From contig JANLPS010000536.1 of the NCBI GenBank assembly GCA_031367385.1, positions 1-21,134 on the forward strand: a DNA stretch of 21,134 bases, given 5' to 3'. The notes below the pieces were generated by a model. It worked only from the letters and a program-made list of their open reading frames with translations, had not been told where the DNA came from and did no database searches. This DNA comes from Archangium sp. GTDB taxonomy: Bacteria > Myxococcota > Myxococcia > Myxococcales > Myxococcaceae. The stretch's first letter is position 1. Every line of letters begins with the position of its first letter. A program made the translations under genes and the position numbers. Below are positions 7,931-15,920 of the stretch, piece after piece.

Positions 7931-9730
7931 ATGACGACCCGGTATCAGACTGTCCCCGAGATGTTGCTTGGCCGTATCGCCGCCACGCCCGACAAGACGG
8001 CCTTCTCATACCCCGTCGGCTCAGGGTGGAAGACCGTCTCGTGGAAGCAATTCAGCGAACAAACTCGCGCGGTTTCAATGGCTCTGCGCTCGATGGGGCT
8101 GCAGAACGAGCAGCGCGTCGCGATTTTGTGCAGCACCCGGTACGAGTGGGTGTTGGCCGACATCGGCATTCTCTGCGCGGCGGGCGCGACCACCACCATC
8201 TACCCGCAGAACACGCCCAAAGAGTGCGCGTTCATCTTGAACGACTCGGGCAGCCAGTTCGTCTTCGCCGAGAACGACGATCAAATCGCCAAGCTCACTT
8301 CGGTGCGCGAGAAGCTGCCCAACGTGAAGAAGGTGATCACCTTCGACGGCAAGCCCTCGGCCGACGGTTGGGTGATGACCTTCGCCGACCTGCTCGAGAA
8401 GGGCAAAGGCGCCTCGCAAGCCGAGTGGGAGACCGTCTGCAAGTCGGTCAAGAACCAAGACCTCGCGACGCTGATCTACACCTCGGGCACCACCGGCGAC
8501 CCGAAGGGCGTCGAGCTGACGCACGACTGCTGGGTCTACGAAGCCGAGGGCATCAATGACCTCAAGCTGCTGGTCGAAGACGACGTGCAGTTCTTGTGGC
8601 TGCCCCTCGCCCACTCGTTCGGCAAGGTGCTCGAGATGGCCCAGCTGCTGATCGGCTTCGAGAGCGCGATCGACGGCCGGGTCGACAAGCTCACCGCCAA
8701 CATGGCGATCGTCAAGCCCACCTTCGTCGCCGCCGTGCCGCGAATCTTCGAGAAGATTTACAACACGGTCATCGACAAGGCGAAGAAGGCCGGCGGGCTC
8801 AAGTACACCATCTTCAAGTGGTCGATCGAGGTCGGCAAAGAGGTCTCGAAGGTCAAGCAAGCGCACCAAGAGCCGTCGGGCTTGCTGGCGATCAAATACA
8901 AGCTCGCGACGAAGCTGGTCTTCGGCAACCTGCAGAAGATCTTCGGCGGCCGGCTGCGCTACTTCATCTCAGGCTCGGCGGCGCTCTCGAGGGAGATGGC
9001 CGAGTTTTTTCACGCCTGCGGCCTGCTGATTCTCGAGGGCTACGGCCTGACCGAGACCAGCGCGGCGGCGTTCGTGAACCGCCCGCAGAACTTCAAGTTC
9101 GGCACCGTCGGCATGCCTTTGCCGGGCACCCAGGTGAAGCTCGAGGCCGACGGCGAGATCTTGATCAAAGGCCGCGGCGTGATGCGCGGCTACCACGGGC
9201 TCGAAGAGCAGACCGCCGCCACCATGAAAGACGGCTGGTTCTTGACCGGTGACATCGGCGAGGTCGACGCGCAGGGCATTCTGCGCATCACCGACCGCAA
9301 GAAAGACCTGATCAAGACCTCGGCCGGCAAGTACGTCGCGCCGCAAGCGCTCGAGGGCTCGTTCAAGGCCCAGTGCCCGTACGTCTCGCAGAGCGTGGTG
9401 CACGGCAACAACCGCAACTTCGTGGTGATGCTGATCGCGCTCGACGAAGCCGCGATCAAAGACTGGGCGAAAACCAACGGCGTCTCGGGTGGGTACCCTG
9501 AAATCGTCAAAGACCCGCGCACCCACGCGCTGATCAAGACCTACGTGCAAGAGCTCAACAAGGGCCTGGCCAACTACGAAGCGGTGAAGAACTTCACCAT
9601 TCTGCCCAAAGACTTGAGCCTCGAAGACGGAGACCTGACGCCCAGCCTCAAGGTGAAGCGCAAGGCGGTCGAGGCGAAGTACAAAGACCTGCTCGACGCG
9701 TTCTACGCAGGCAACGTGGCCGAGGTCTAA
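7931..9730 (+). CDS. fadD: Long-chain fatty acid-CoA ligase (AMP-dependent synthetase, FadD15/FAA1-like)
   Basis: YTSGTTGDPKG AMP-binding motif, LPLAH, EGYGLTET, TGDIG, DRKKDLIKTSAGKYVAP and LTPSLKVKR. Confidence 0.93.
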   Translation: MTTRYQTVPEMLLGRIAATPDKTAFSYPVGSGWKTVSWKQFSEQTRAVSMALRSMGLQNEQRVAILCSTRYEWVLADIGILCAAGATTTIYPQNTPKECAFILNDSGSQFVFAENDDQIAKLTSVREKLPNVKKVITFDGKPSADGWVMTFADLLEKGKGASQAEWETVCKSVKNQDLATLIYTSGTTGDPKGVELTHDCWVYEAEGINDLKLLVEDDVQFLWLPLAHSFGKVLEMAQLLIGFESAIDGRVDKLTANMAIVKPTFVAAVPRIFEKIYNTVIDKAKKAGGLKYTIFKWSIEVGKEVSKVKQAHQEPSGLLAIKYKLATKLVFGNLQKIFGGRLRYFISGSAALSREMAEFFHACGLLILEGYGLTETSAAAFVNRPQNFKFGTVGMPLPGTQVKLEADGEILIKGRGVMRGYHGLEEQTAATMKDGWFLTGDIGEVDAQGILRITDRKKDLIKTSAGKYVAPQALEGSFKAQCPYVSQSVVHGNNRNFVVMLIALDEAAIKDWAKTNGVSGGYPEIVKDPRTHALIKTYVQELNKGLANYEAVKNFTILPKDLSLEDGDLTPSLKVKRKAVEAKYKDLLDAFYAGNVAEV

Positions 9731-10783
9731 GTGACTCCCACGGCGACCCGCTTCGTCGCCATGGGAGACCCCCAAGCACCGTTCTCGACGGTGCTGTCGG
9801 TCTTGAGAACGCACGGGTTGCTCGGGGCCGATGACAGGCTCGTGAGCGACGTGCACCTGGTGTCGATGGGCGACCACTTCGACTGGGGTCAGCGGGCGGC
9901 TCGCTCAGAAGCCACCCGAGACGGCGTGACCACCCTGCTCTGGCTCTCGTCGCACCCGCCCGAGCAAGTCACCTTGCTGTTGGGCAACCACGACCTGGCC
10001 CGGGTCGGAGAGCTGGCCGGCTTCGACGACGAGACCTTCATGCTCGCGCAGCTCGAGGCTGAAGCGGCCTACCGCCTGGGCGACGTCGACGACGCGGCCG
10101 AGCGCGCGTTTTTGGTCAGCTTTCCCTCCGTGCCCGACGCGGAGTGCCTGGCCCGCGACTACGGCTGTTTTTCAGTCGCGCAGCGAGACCTGGTGACCGC
10201 GCTGATTCGCACCCGGCGCTTTCGCCTCGCGGCCAGCTTCTTCGGAGTGCTCTTGGTGCACGCGGGCGTGACCGTGCCCGACCTGGCGTTGATTGGCCTC
10301 GACCCGGGCGCCTCGGCCGTCGACCTGGCCGCGGGCTTGAACGCGTTTCTCGACGCGCGCATCGATGCCTGGTCGACCGGGCCGTTGAACCTCGACCCCT
10401 TTCACCGGCTGGGTTCTGCGACCAGCGGCGAGGGCAAAGGGGCGGTGTATCACCGGCCCTTCGACCCGACCTTGAGCGCTGGGCACAAGGGGCCTCCGCC
10501 GCGGCGACGCTTCGACCCAAGGGAGCTGCCGGTCGCCCTGACCCAGGTCATCGGCCACATTCGCGACGGTAAGTGTCGAGAGCTGATGCCGAAGTGGTGC
10601 GACCCGGTCGAGGCCGGCGACGGCATTCGGTCGCTTCGGGTGCTCGGCGAGGTGGTCGAGTACCGGGCCGGGCTGCAGAGCATGCCGCAGTTGATCTTCA
10701 TCGACGCCGGCATGAACCACCTGGCGCCCGAGGCATACCCGCTCTTCGACCTCTCAACCCACCGCCCCCTGGCCAAGCCATGA
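9731..10783 (+). CDS. Calcineurin-like metallophosphoesterase (350 aa)
   Basis: Motifs MGDPQ (variant DxH), MGDHFDWG, LLGNHD, VHAG and IGH. GTG start directly abuts the upstream TAA. Confidence 0.82.
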   Translation: MTPTATRFVAMGDPQAPFSTVLSVLRTHGLLGADDRLVSDVHLVSMGDHFDWGQRAARSEATRDGVTTLLWLSSHPPEQVTLLLGNHDLARVGELAGFDDETFMLAQLEAEAAYRLGDVDDAAERAFLVSFPSVPDAECLARDYGCFSVAQRDLVTALIRTRRFRLAASFFGVLLVHAGVTVPDLALIGLDPGASAVDLAAGLNAFLDARIDAWSTGPLNLDPFHRLGSATSGEGKGAVYHRPFDPTLSAGHKGPPPRRRFDPRELPVALTQVIGHIRDGKCRELMPKWCDPVEAGDGIRSLRVLGEVVEYRAGLQSMPQLIFIDAGMNHLAPEAYPLFDLSTHRPLAKP

Positions 10784-12396
10784 AGGCGCCGAAGTGGTTG
10801 TTCGAGCTGAGCAATTCATTCGGCAACGACTCGAAGACGGGCGCTGCGGCGGCGCTGCTCAACCGCATCATCTCAGAAGAACGAGACCGTTCGACCCTCG
10901 CCCTGTGTTGGATACGGGCGATCTTCGCGGGCCTCAACGCGGCGATTGTCTTCCCCGTGACGCAGGTGCCGGGGCTGAGCGAAAACTGGCCGGTTCGCTA
11001 TGGGGCGGTGCTCTACTTCGTGCTCGCAACCGCGGTGCTGCTGTTGGCTAAAGCGAAGCCCCAGACCTTCATGCGCCTGGCAGCGTTCACGCCCGCGGTG
11101 ATCGACGTGCCGTTGGTCGGCCTGATGCAGTGGAAGCAAGCGACCTACGCGACCGAGCCTGGGATGATTCTGGCTGACGCGACGGTGACGTTGCTGGTCT
11201 TCGTGATGCTCTCGACGCTCTCGCTGTCGCGGGTGGTGCTGGTGCTGGTCACGCCTCCGGCCCTGTTCTTCATCTGGATGGTTGCCACCGCCGAACACAC
11301 GCCCATGGCGGTCAAAGCGTCGGTGGTCGTGATCGCGTCGGCCTTCGGGCCCTTCGGCTGGGTGCTGATCGGCAAGATTCGCCGCCTGGTGCGCAGCAGC
11401 CGTGAGCGCGATCTGTTGGGCAAGTACGTGCTCGGTGACCGCCTGGGCGCGGGGGGCATGGCCGAGGTGTTCAAGGCCACCTACAGCCCTGAAGGCGGCT
11501 TCGAGCGCGCGGTCGCGGTGAAACGAATCTTGCCGCAGTTCGCCGAGAGCCCCGAGGTGATCACCCTGTTTCGACGCGAAGCCGAGCTGGGCGCACGCCT
11601 GGCGCACCCGAACGTGGTGCAGGTGCTCGACTTCGGCTCCGACGGAGCGACCTACTTCATGGCGATGGAGTTCATCGATGGCGTGCCGCTCTCTCGCATC
11701 ATCGACGTGCTTCGCATGTCAGACCGGCGGCCGTCGTTGGCCCTGCTGCTCTACCTGACCCATGAGCTGGCCGAGGCGCTGGCCTACATTCACTCACGCA
11801 CGACCGACGACGGCACGCCGCTGCAGCTGATTCACCGCGATTTCAACCCGCCGAACGTGATGGTCTCGCGCATCGGAGAAGTGAAGGTGGCCGACTTCGG
11901 CATCGCTCGCAGCGTCGACACCCCATCGTTGACCAAGGTGGGCCTGCTGCGCGGCAAGCTCTCGTACGCGGCCCCAGAGCAGGTTCGAGGAGAGGCGCTC
12001 GACTCGCGGGTCGACCTCTTCGCGCTCGGGGTGACGCTGTACGAGCTGGCGACGATGAAACGGCTCTTTCACGCCCCCAACGAGCTCGAAGCCGCGCAGC
12101 AGATTCTGAGCGACTCGACGCCGCCGCTGCACGAGCATGAGCCGAGCCTGCCGCTGACCTTCTGCGAAATGGTCGACGGGCTGCTGAAGCGAGACCTGGC
12201 GACGAGAATTGCCAGCGCCGGCGAGGTGCTTCGGTTGTTGGGCCAAGAGCTCGCGGTGCACGACGCGCTGCGAACTGGCCGCGCGGAGCTCGCCGCGTTG
12301 GTCAAAGAGGCCCCGGTGACGATCTCGTCGTATGTGCCGCCTGCGTCGGCCGAGACCCGTACCCGCGAAATCGCCAGCACCCCGACCCAGCAGTGA
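10780..12396 (+). CDS. Ser/Thr protein kinase with N-terminal multi-pass membrane domain (~538 aa)
   Basis: ATGA overlap with the phosphoesterase stop (start MKAPKWLF). About six hydrophobic segments, then LGAGGMAEV, VAVK, HRDFNPPN, DFG, GKLSYAAPE, DLFALG. Confidence 0.92.
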   Translation: MKAPKWLFELSNSFGNDSKTGAAAALLNRIISEERDRSTLALCWIRAIFAGLNAAIVFPVTQVPGLSENWPVRYGAVLYFVLATAVLLLAKAKPQTFMRLAAFTPAVIDVPLVGLMQWKQATYATEPGMILADATVTLLVFVMLSTLSLSRVVLVLVTPPALFFIWMVATAEHTPMAVKASVVVIASAFGPFGWVLIGKIRRLVRSSRERDLLGKYVLGDRLGAGGMAEVFKATYSPEGGFERAVAVKRILPQFAESPEVITLFRREAELGARLAHPNVVQVLDFGSDGATYFMAMEFIDGVPLSRIIDVLRMSDRRPSLALLLYLTHELAEALAYIHSRTTDDGTPLQLIHRDFNPPNVMVSRIGEVKVADFGIARSVDTPSLTKVGLLRGKLSYAAPEQVRGEALDSRVDLFALGVTLYELATMKRLFHAPNELEAAQQILSDSTPPLHEHEPSLPLTFCEMVDGLLKRDLATRIASAGEVLRLLGQELAVHDALRTGRAELAALVKEAPVTISSYVPPASAETRTREIASTPTQQ

Positions 12397-12399
12397 GCG

Positions 12400-13317
12400 T
12401 CAGGCCAGGTCGAAGGTGGCGATCAGCGGCGCGTGATCAGAGAGCCCGTGAAAGGCGCTGGCCGGGTCTCCAAAGGCGAAGGTGCCGTCGAGGCTGGTGA
12501 ACTTCACTCGGTGACCGAAGACGTGGTCGAGGTGCATGCGCCACCCCATGAACCCCGCGGTCGAGAACCCATCGGCCTTGCTCGAATCGATTTGCTTCAG
12601 CGCCGCCTGAGCGCCGGTGAGCTTCTCGTCTTCGGTGAAGTACCGGTACACCGGCGAAGTCGGCGCGGCGTTGAAGTCGCCGCACACCAGGTAGGGCTCT
12701 TTGCCGGCGGTGTGCTTGGCGTACTGCAGCACCGCCTTCGCCTCGGAGACCTGATTCGCGCCGAAGCCCATCTTCACGTCTTGCTTCCAGAACTCGCTGG
12801 CCCAGGGGGTGGGGAGGCTCAAGTGGGTGTTGAAGACGTGAAAGCGCTGGTGGTCTTTGGTCTCGAGGCGCAGGTGCGCGGCGATGCGTGTCTGCTTGAC
12901 CTTGCGCAGGCGCTCGGAGCCATGAAACGTGATGGGAAACGGCTCTTTGGCGTTGTCTCCGCACACCGCGAGGGTGTTGGTGTTGACCAGAATCGCGAGG
13001 CCGGTGGTGTAGAACTTCACCGCGCCCAGCTTGTAGATGTGCGCGGGGAAATAGGTCGCGACGTAGGGTTGATCTGTGCCCAGCTCGCTCTGCACGTGGC
13101 GCATGAACGCTTCGAGCTGGGTCTCTTTCTCGAGGCCTCCCCGGTGAGCGACGCCAGAGCGAATCGAGCGGGTCTCGACCTCTTGCAGGGCCACCACGTC
13201 GGCCATCGGGGTGAGCGAGGCCAAGGCTTTGGCGATTTTCAGCTTCGACTTCGCGGTACTGGCCAGGCCTTTGAGGCCGTGACCGAAGTAGCGCACGTTG
13301 TAACTGACGATTCTCAC
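12400..13317 (-). CDS. Endonuclease/exonuclease/phosphatase (EEP) family protein (~305 aa)
   Basis: SYNV, VALQEV, FNTHL, VCGDFNA, HLDHVF and SDHAPL motifs. GTG start at 13317 has a strong GGAGGT Shine-Dalgarno overlapping the tfuA 3' end. Confidence 0.9.
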   Translation of the reverse strand: MRIVSYNVRYFGHGLKGLASTAKSKLKIAKALASLTPMADVVALQEVETRSIRSGVAHRGGLEKETQLEAFMRHVQSELGTDQPYVATYFPAHIYKLGAVKFYTTGLAILVNTNTLAVCGDNAKEPFPITFHGSERLRKVKQTRIAAHLRLETKDHQRFHVFNTHLSLPTPWASEFWKQDVKMGFGANQVSEAKAVLQYAKHTAGKEPYLVCGDFNAAPTSPVYRYFTEDEKLTGAQAALKQIDSSKADGFSTAGFMGWRMHLDHVFGHRVKFTSLDGTFAFGDPASAFHGLSDHAPLIATFDLA

Positions 13318-13321
13318 CGAT

Positions 13322-14557
13322 TTACCTCCACAGACCGCGCAGCACCGCTTCGAGCGCCAAGCCTTCGAGCCGGGAGGGCCCGTCGGCAACAAAACGCTCC
13401 GGGTGCGCCAATACTTTCGCCTCGAGGGCGACTATTTCGGCAATGAATTCGAGCTCGTCGGCCGCGAGCCCCTCGGCGGGGGCCAGGGCCCTGCGCGCTT
13501 CGGCCCGCTCGGCGGCAGTGACCTCGAGGCCTCCGGCCTTGGCAAATGCAGCGAGCAGCAGACGGCGGGTGCCGTCGGCTTCGAGGGTTCGCGCGTCGGA
13601 GCGCCGGGAGAGCCGCTCGAGTGGTGCCCGGTGCACATCGGTGAGGCGGCGTCGTCGAACGAATGAGGAGGCAGCGAAGGGGCGGCTGGCCGGGCCGTGG
13701 GCGGCGCTGTCGATGAAGGTTTTTGCAGTGGCGAGGCAGGTACGGGCGTCGAGGGCCTTCTGGTCGACCTCGTGGCCGGCGTCGAGCCAGGCGCTGAGCG
13801 TGGCGCGAATGGCCGGTGGGCACTTCGCGAGCACGGTGGGCCAGCGGCGATCTTGAAAGAAGAGGCCGGAGGCGATGGCGAGCACCGAAGCGGCTTGTTT
13901 GAGCGTGAGCACCTTCGATCGCTTGGCGGCGTCGAGGGTGGCGATGACGTTGACGAGCGGTACGGTGAGGGCCTGGGAGCCGCGGCTCGCATCGGCGTGG
14001 AGCACGGCGACGTCACCGTCATCTTCGCTCTCGCCGCGGGCGTAGCGCTCGTAGATGGCGCCGATGCCGATCATGCCTTCGCTGTGCAGCTCGACCGCGC
14101 GCAGGGCGCCCATGCTCGAGGCGCCGAAGACGGTGACTCCGGCGGCGAGGGCTGCGCGCAGCTCGTGGTGCCAGACCGACGGGGCGCCTTCGAAGACGCC
14201 GTCGATGAGGGCGATGGCCCGGGGCCGGTCAGCGAGGGCGCGAAAGACGTCTCCTTGGCGGGCTGGGGGGCGGTAGTCGGCCTTCACGATTTCGCGTGCG
14301 TGGCGGAGGCCGAGGCTGGGGCCGAGGAAGACGATGAGGGCGCGTGGTTCGACAGGCTCACCATGAGAACCTCCCTTTGGAGCCCCCTGAGAACCTCCCT
14401 TGGGCGCCCCCTGAGAACTTCCCTGGGGAGCCCCCTGAGAACTTCCCTTGGGAGCCCCCTGAGAACTTCCCTTGGGCGCCCCCTGAGAACTGGTGCGCTG
14501 GGTCCGCCCCCCTTGCACAGGGAGCCCCCCTCTCTCATGGTGAGCCCGTCGAACCAT
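13322..14557 (-). CDS. tfuA: TfuA-like protein with repeat-derived N-terminal extension and C-terminal helical extension
   Basis: IVFLGPSL, PPARQGD, LIDGVF, VWHHEL, GASSMGALRA, GMIGIGAIY, DDGDVA and DQK motifs match the TfuA core. Start ATG overlaps the ycaO stop (TGATG). The exact start is uncertain because the first ~70 codons lie in a repeat element. Confidence 0.9.
   Translation of the reverse strand: MVRRAHHERGGLPVQGGRTQRTSSQGAPKGSSQGAPKGSSQGAPQGSSQGAPKGGSQGAPKGGSHGEPVEPRALIVFLGPSLGLRHAREIVKADYRPPARQGDVFRALADRPRAIALIDGVFEGAPSVWHHELRAALAAGVTVFGASSMGALRAVELHSEGMIGIGAIYERYARGESEDDGDVAVLHADASRGSQALTVPLVNVIATLDAAKRSKVLTLKQAASVLAIASGLFFQDRRWPTVLAKCPPAIRATLSAWLDAGHEVDQKALDARTCLATAKTFIDSAAHGPASRPFAASSFVRRRRLTDVHRAPLERLSRRSDARTLEADGTRRLLLAAFAKAGGLEVTAAERAEARRALAPAEGLAADELEFIAEIVALEAKVLAHPERFVADGPSRLEGLALEAVLRGLWR
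14345..14556. repeat. REP/MITE-like element: 24-bp inverted repeats enclosing a tandem array
   Basis: 14345-14368 TGGTTCGACAGGCTCACCATGAGA is the reverse complement of 14533-14556 TCTCATGGTGAGCCCGTCGAACCA with one mismatch. Confidence 0.9.
14364..14490. repeat. 24-bp tandem repeat, five full units plus a 7-bp partial unit
   Basis: Units TGAGAAC(C/T)TCCCT(T/G)(T/G)GG(A/C)GCCCCC start at 14364, 14388, 14412, 14436 and 14460, with a partial unit at 14484. On the minus strand they encode (S/G)SQGAP(K/Q)G repeats. Confidence 0.95.
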
Positions 14558-15516
14558 CAGACGAGCTCCGAGTGAAGCAGGTCGGGCGAGAGCACCTTCA
14601 CCACGTGAAATGGCCAGCTCGCCAAATCGACCGCGAGCAGCGTCGCGTCGACCAGCCGATGGGTCTCGCGGTCACCCGCCTTGGCAGTGAATCTGCTCAG
14701 CTTCGGCGAGCCCCTGGTGAGCGCAGCGCGAAGCTCGGCCCCGTCGATTCGCTCTCCGATGCTGACGTCTTCTCTGGCTCCGTGAATCTCGGTCAACCGC
14801 GACTGCGCCGCTTCGAGCAACGCCGCCTCGATGGCGAGCGCCGCGGTTCGACGCGCGGCGTACCCTGCAGTCAACGGCACGAGGCCACCTTCGAGGTCGA
14901 AGAGCAGCACACCCGCGACTGGAACCACGCCCACCGAGAGATCGAACGCGAACACCTCAAAACCCCGCGCCTCCACCGCAGCGACGAGCGCCGACTCCGC
15001 CCGAACCCGTCGCTTCGACGCGGCCTTCACCGTCCACCCCATCGGGAGTGACCTCGCCAACGCATCGCGCTCAATCAGCTCGAGCACCGCGTGTTCGAGC
15101 GCCGCCTCGCGGGTGGTGTGCGACGCCAGGCCATTCGTCGACCAGTCGCTCGACACAGGCCCAAGCCACATCGACCCGAACGGAGCGCACCACACCGCAT
15201 CGGCGGGCACGAGCTCTGACTGTGAAGCCGCGCCCAGCGTCTCGGCCTCGGCCCAGGCCCGGCCGTCATGAAACTGAAGTGCATCGCCAGCAACGCTCTC
15301 GGCGGCGGCCAGCTCAGCGGCCTCACCCAGCGCGCTGGCGACGGCCCCGGCGTAGTCGAGCCCCTTGCCCTGGGTGACCTGCAGCACATGACCGGCGGGG
15401 CGAATCGCCGTGGCGACCTCGACCCCACATCGATCGAGGGCGGTCAGCCGGGCCACGCGAGTGACTCCGAGCGCTTGGCGCACTTCAGCTGATGGTCGGG
15501 CCCGCGCAATTGTCAT
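14557..15516 (-). CDS. ycaO: YcaO-like protein, TfuA-associated (thioamide-forming clade), compact 319 aa
   Basis: LGVTRVARLTALDR, QGKG...SALGEAAE, STNGLAS, LELIERDA, EAAQSR and HGAREDV are YcaO ATP-binding and family motifs. Adjacent to tfuA; lacks the Pro-rich C-terminus of azoline-forming YcaOs (ends LHSELV). Confidence 0.9.
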   Translation of the reverse strand: MTIARARPSAEVRQALGVTRVARLTALDRCGVEVATAIRPAGHVLQVTQGKGLDYAGAVASALGEAAELAAAESVAGDALQFHDGRAWAEAETLGAASQSELVPADAVWCAPFGSMWLGPVSSDWSTNGLASHTTREAALEHAVLELIERDALARSLPMGWTVKAASKRRVRAESALVAAVEARGFEVFAFDLSVGVVPVAGVLLFDLEGGLVPLTAGYAARRTAALAIEAALLEAAQSRLTEIHGAREDVSIGERIDGAELRAALTRGSPKLSRFTAKAGDRETHRLVDATLLAVDLASWPFHVVKVLSPDLLHSELV

Positions 15517-15542
15517 GCCGGGTCGAGCGTATACGATGCCCC

Positions 15543-15914
15543 ATGCGCCTCGTGCTCAATGTCTTGTGGGCCGTTTTCGCAGGCGGCTTCATCACCGCCC
15601 TCGAATACGTGCTCGCCGGTGTCCTCTGCTGCGTCACCCTGGTCGGCATTCCCTTCGGGGTTCAGTGCTTCAAGATCGCCGGGCTCGCATTGTTCCCCTT
15701 CGGCAAAGACTTCGACGATTCGCGTCGCAGCGTGGCCGCAATGCCGTTCAACGTCGTCTGGCTGATCTTCGCCGGAGTGTGGATCTTTCTGTCGCACATG
15801 GTGCTGGCGCTCGCGTCAGCCGCGACGATCATCGGCATTCCGTTCGCGATTCAGCACTTCAAGTTGGGGTTTCTGGCCTTGGCACCGTTCGGCGTGACCA
15901 TTCGCTCACGCTGA
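15543..15914 (+). CDS. yccF: YccF-domain inner membrane protein (~123 aa)
   Basis: Two internal repeats of NV(L/V)W..G....(L/I)(V/I)GIPF..Q.FK....L.PFG. Start at ATG 15543 (MRLVLNVLW). Confidence 0.92.
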   Translation: MRLVLNVLWAVFAGGFITALEYVLAGVLCCVTLVGIPFGVQCFKIAGLALFPFGKDFDDSRRSVAAMPFNVVWLIFAGVWIFLSHMVLALASAATIIGIPFAIQHFKLGFLALAPFGVTIRSR

Positions 15915-15920
15915 GCAAGC

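Noticed and set aside
11830..11860. HRDFNPPN catalytic loop as evidence for a pseudokinase
   Set aside because: The catalytic Asp and Asn, VAVK Lys, DFG and APE are all intact, and non-Lys residues at this position are common in myxobacterial kinases.
14284..15051. Alternative-frame ORFs over the 24-bp array (PPENFPWE and PREVLRG repeats) as RiPP precursors
   Set aside because: They are by-products of a stop-free tandem repeat, overlap ycaO or tfuA, and have no leader/core organisation or ribosome-binding site.
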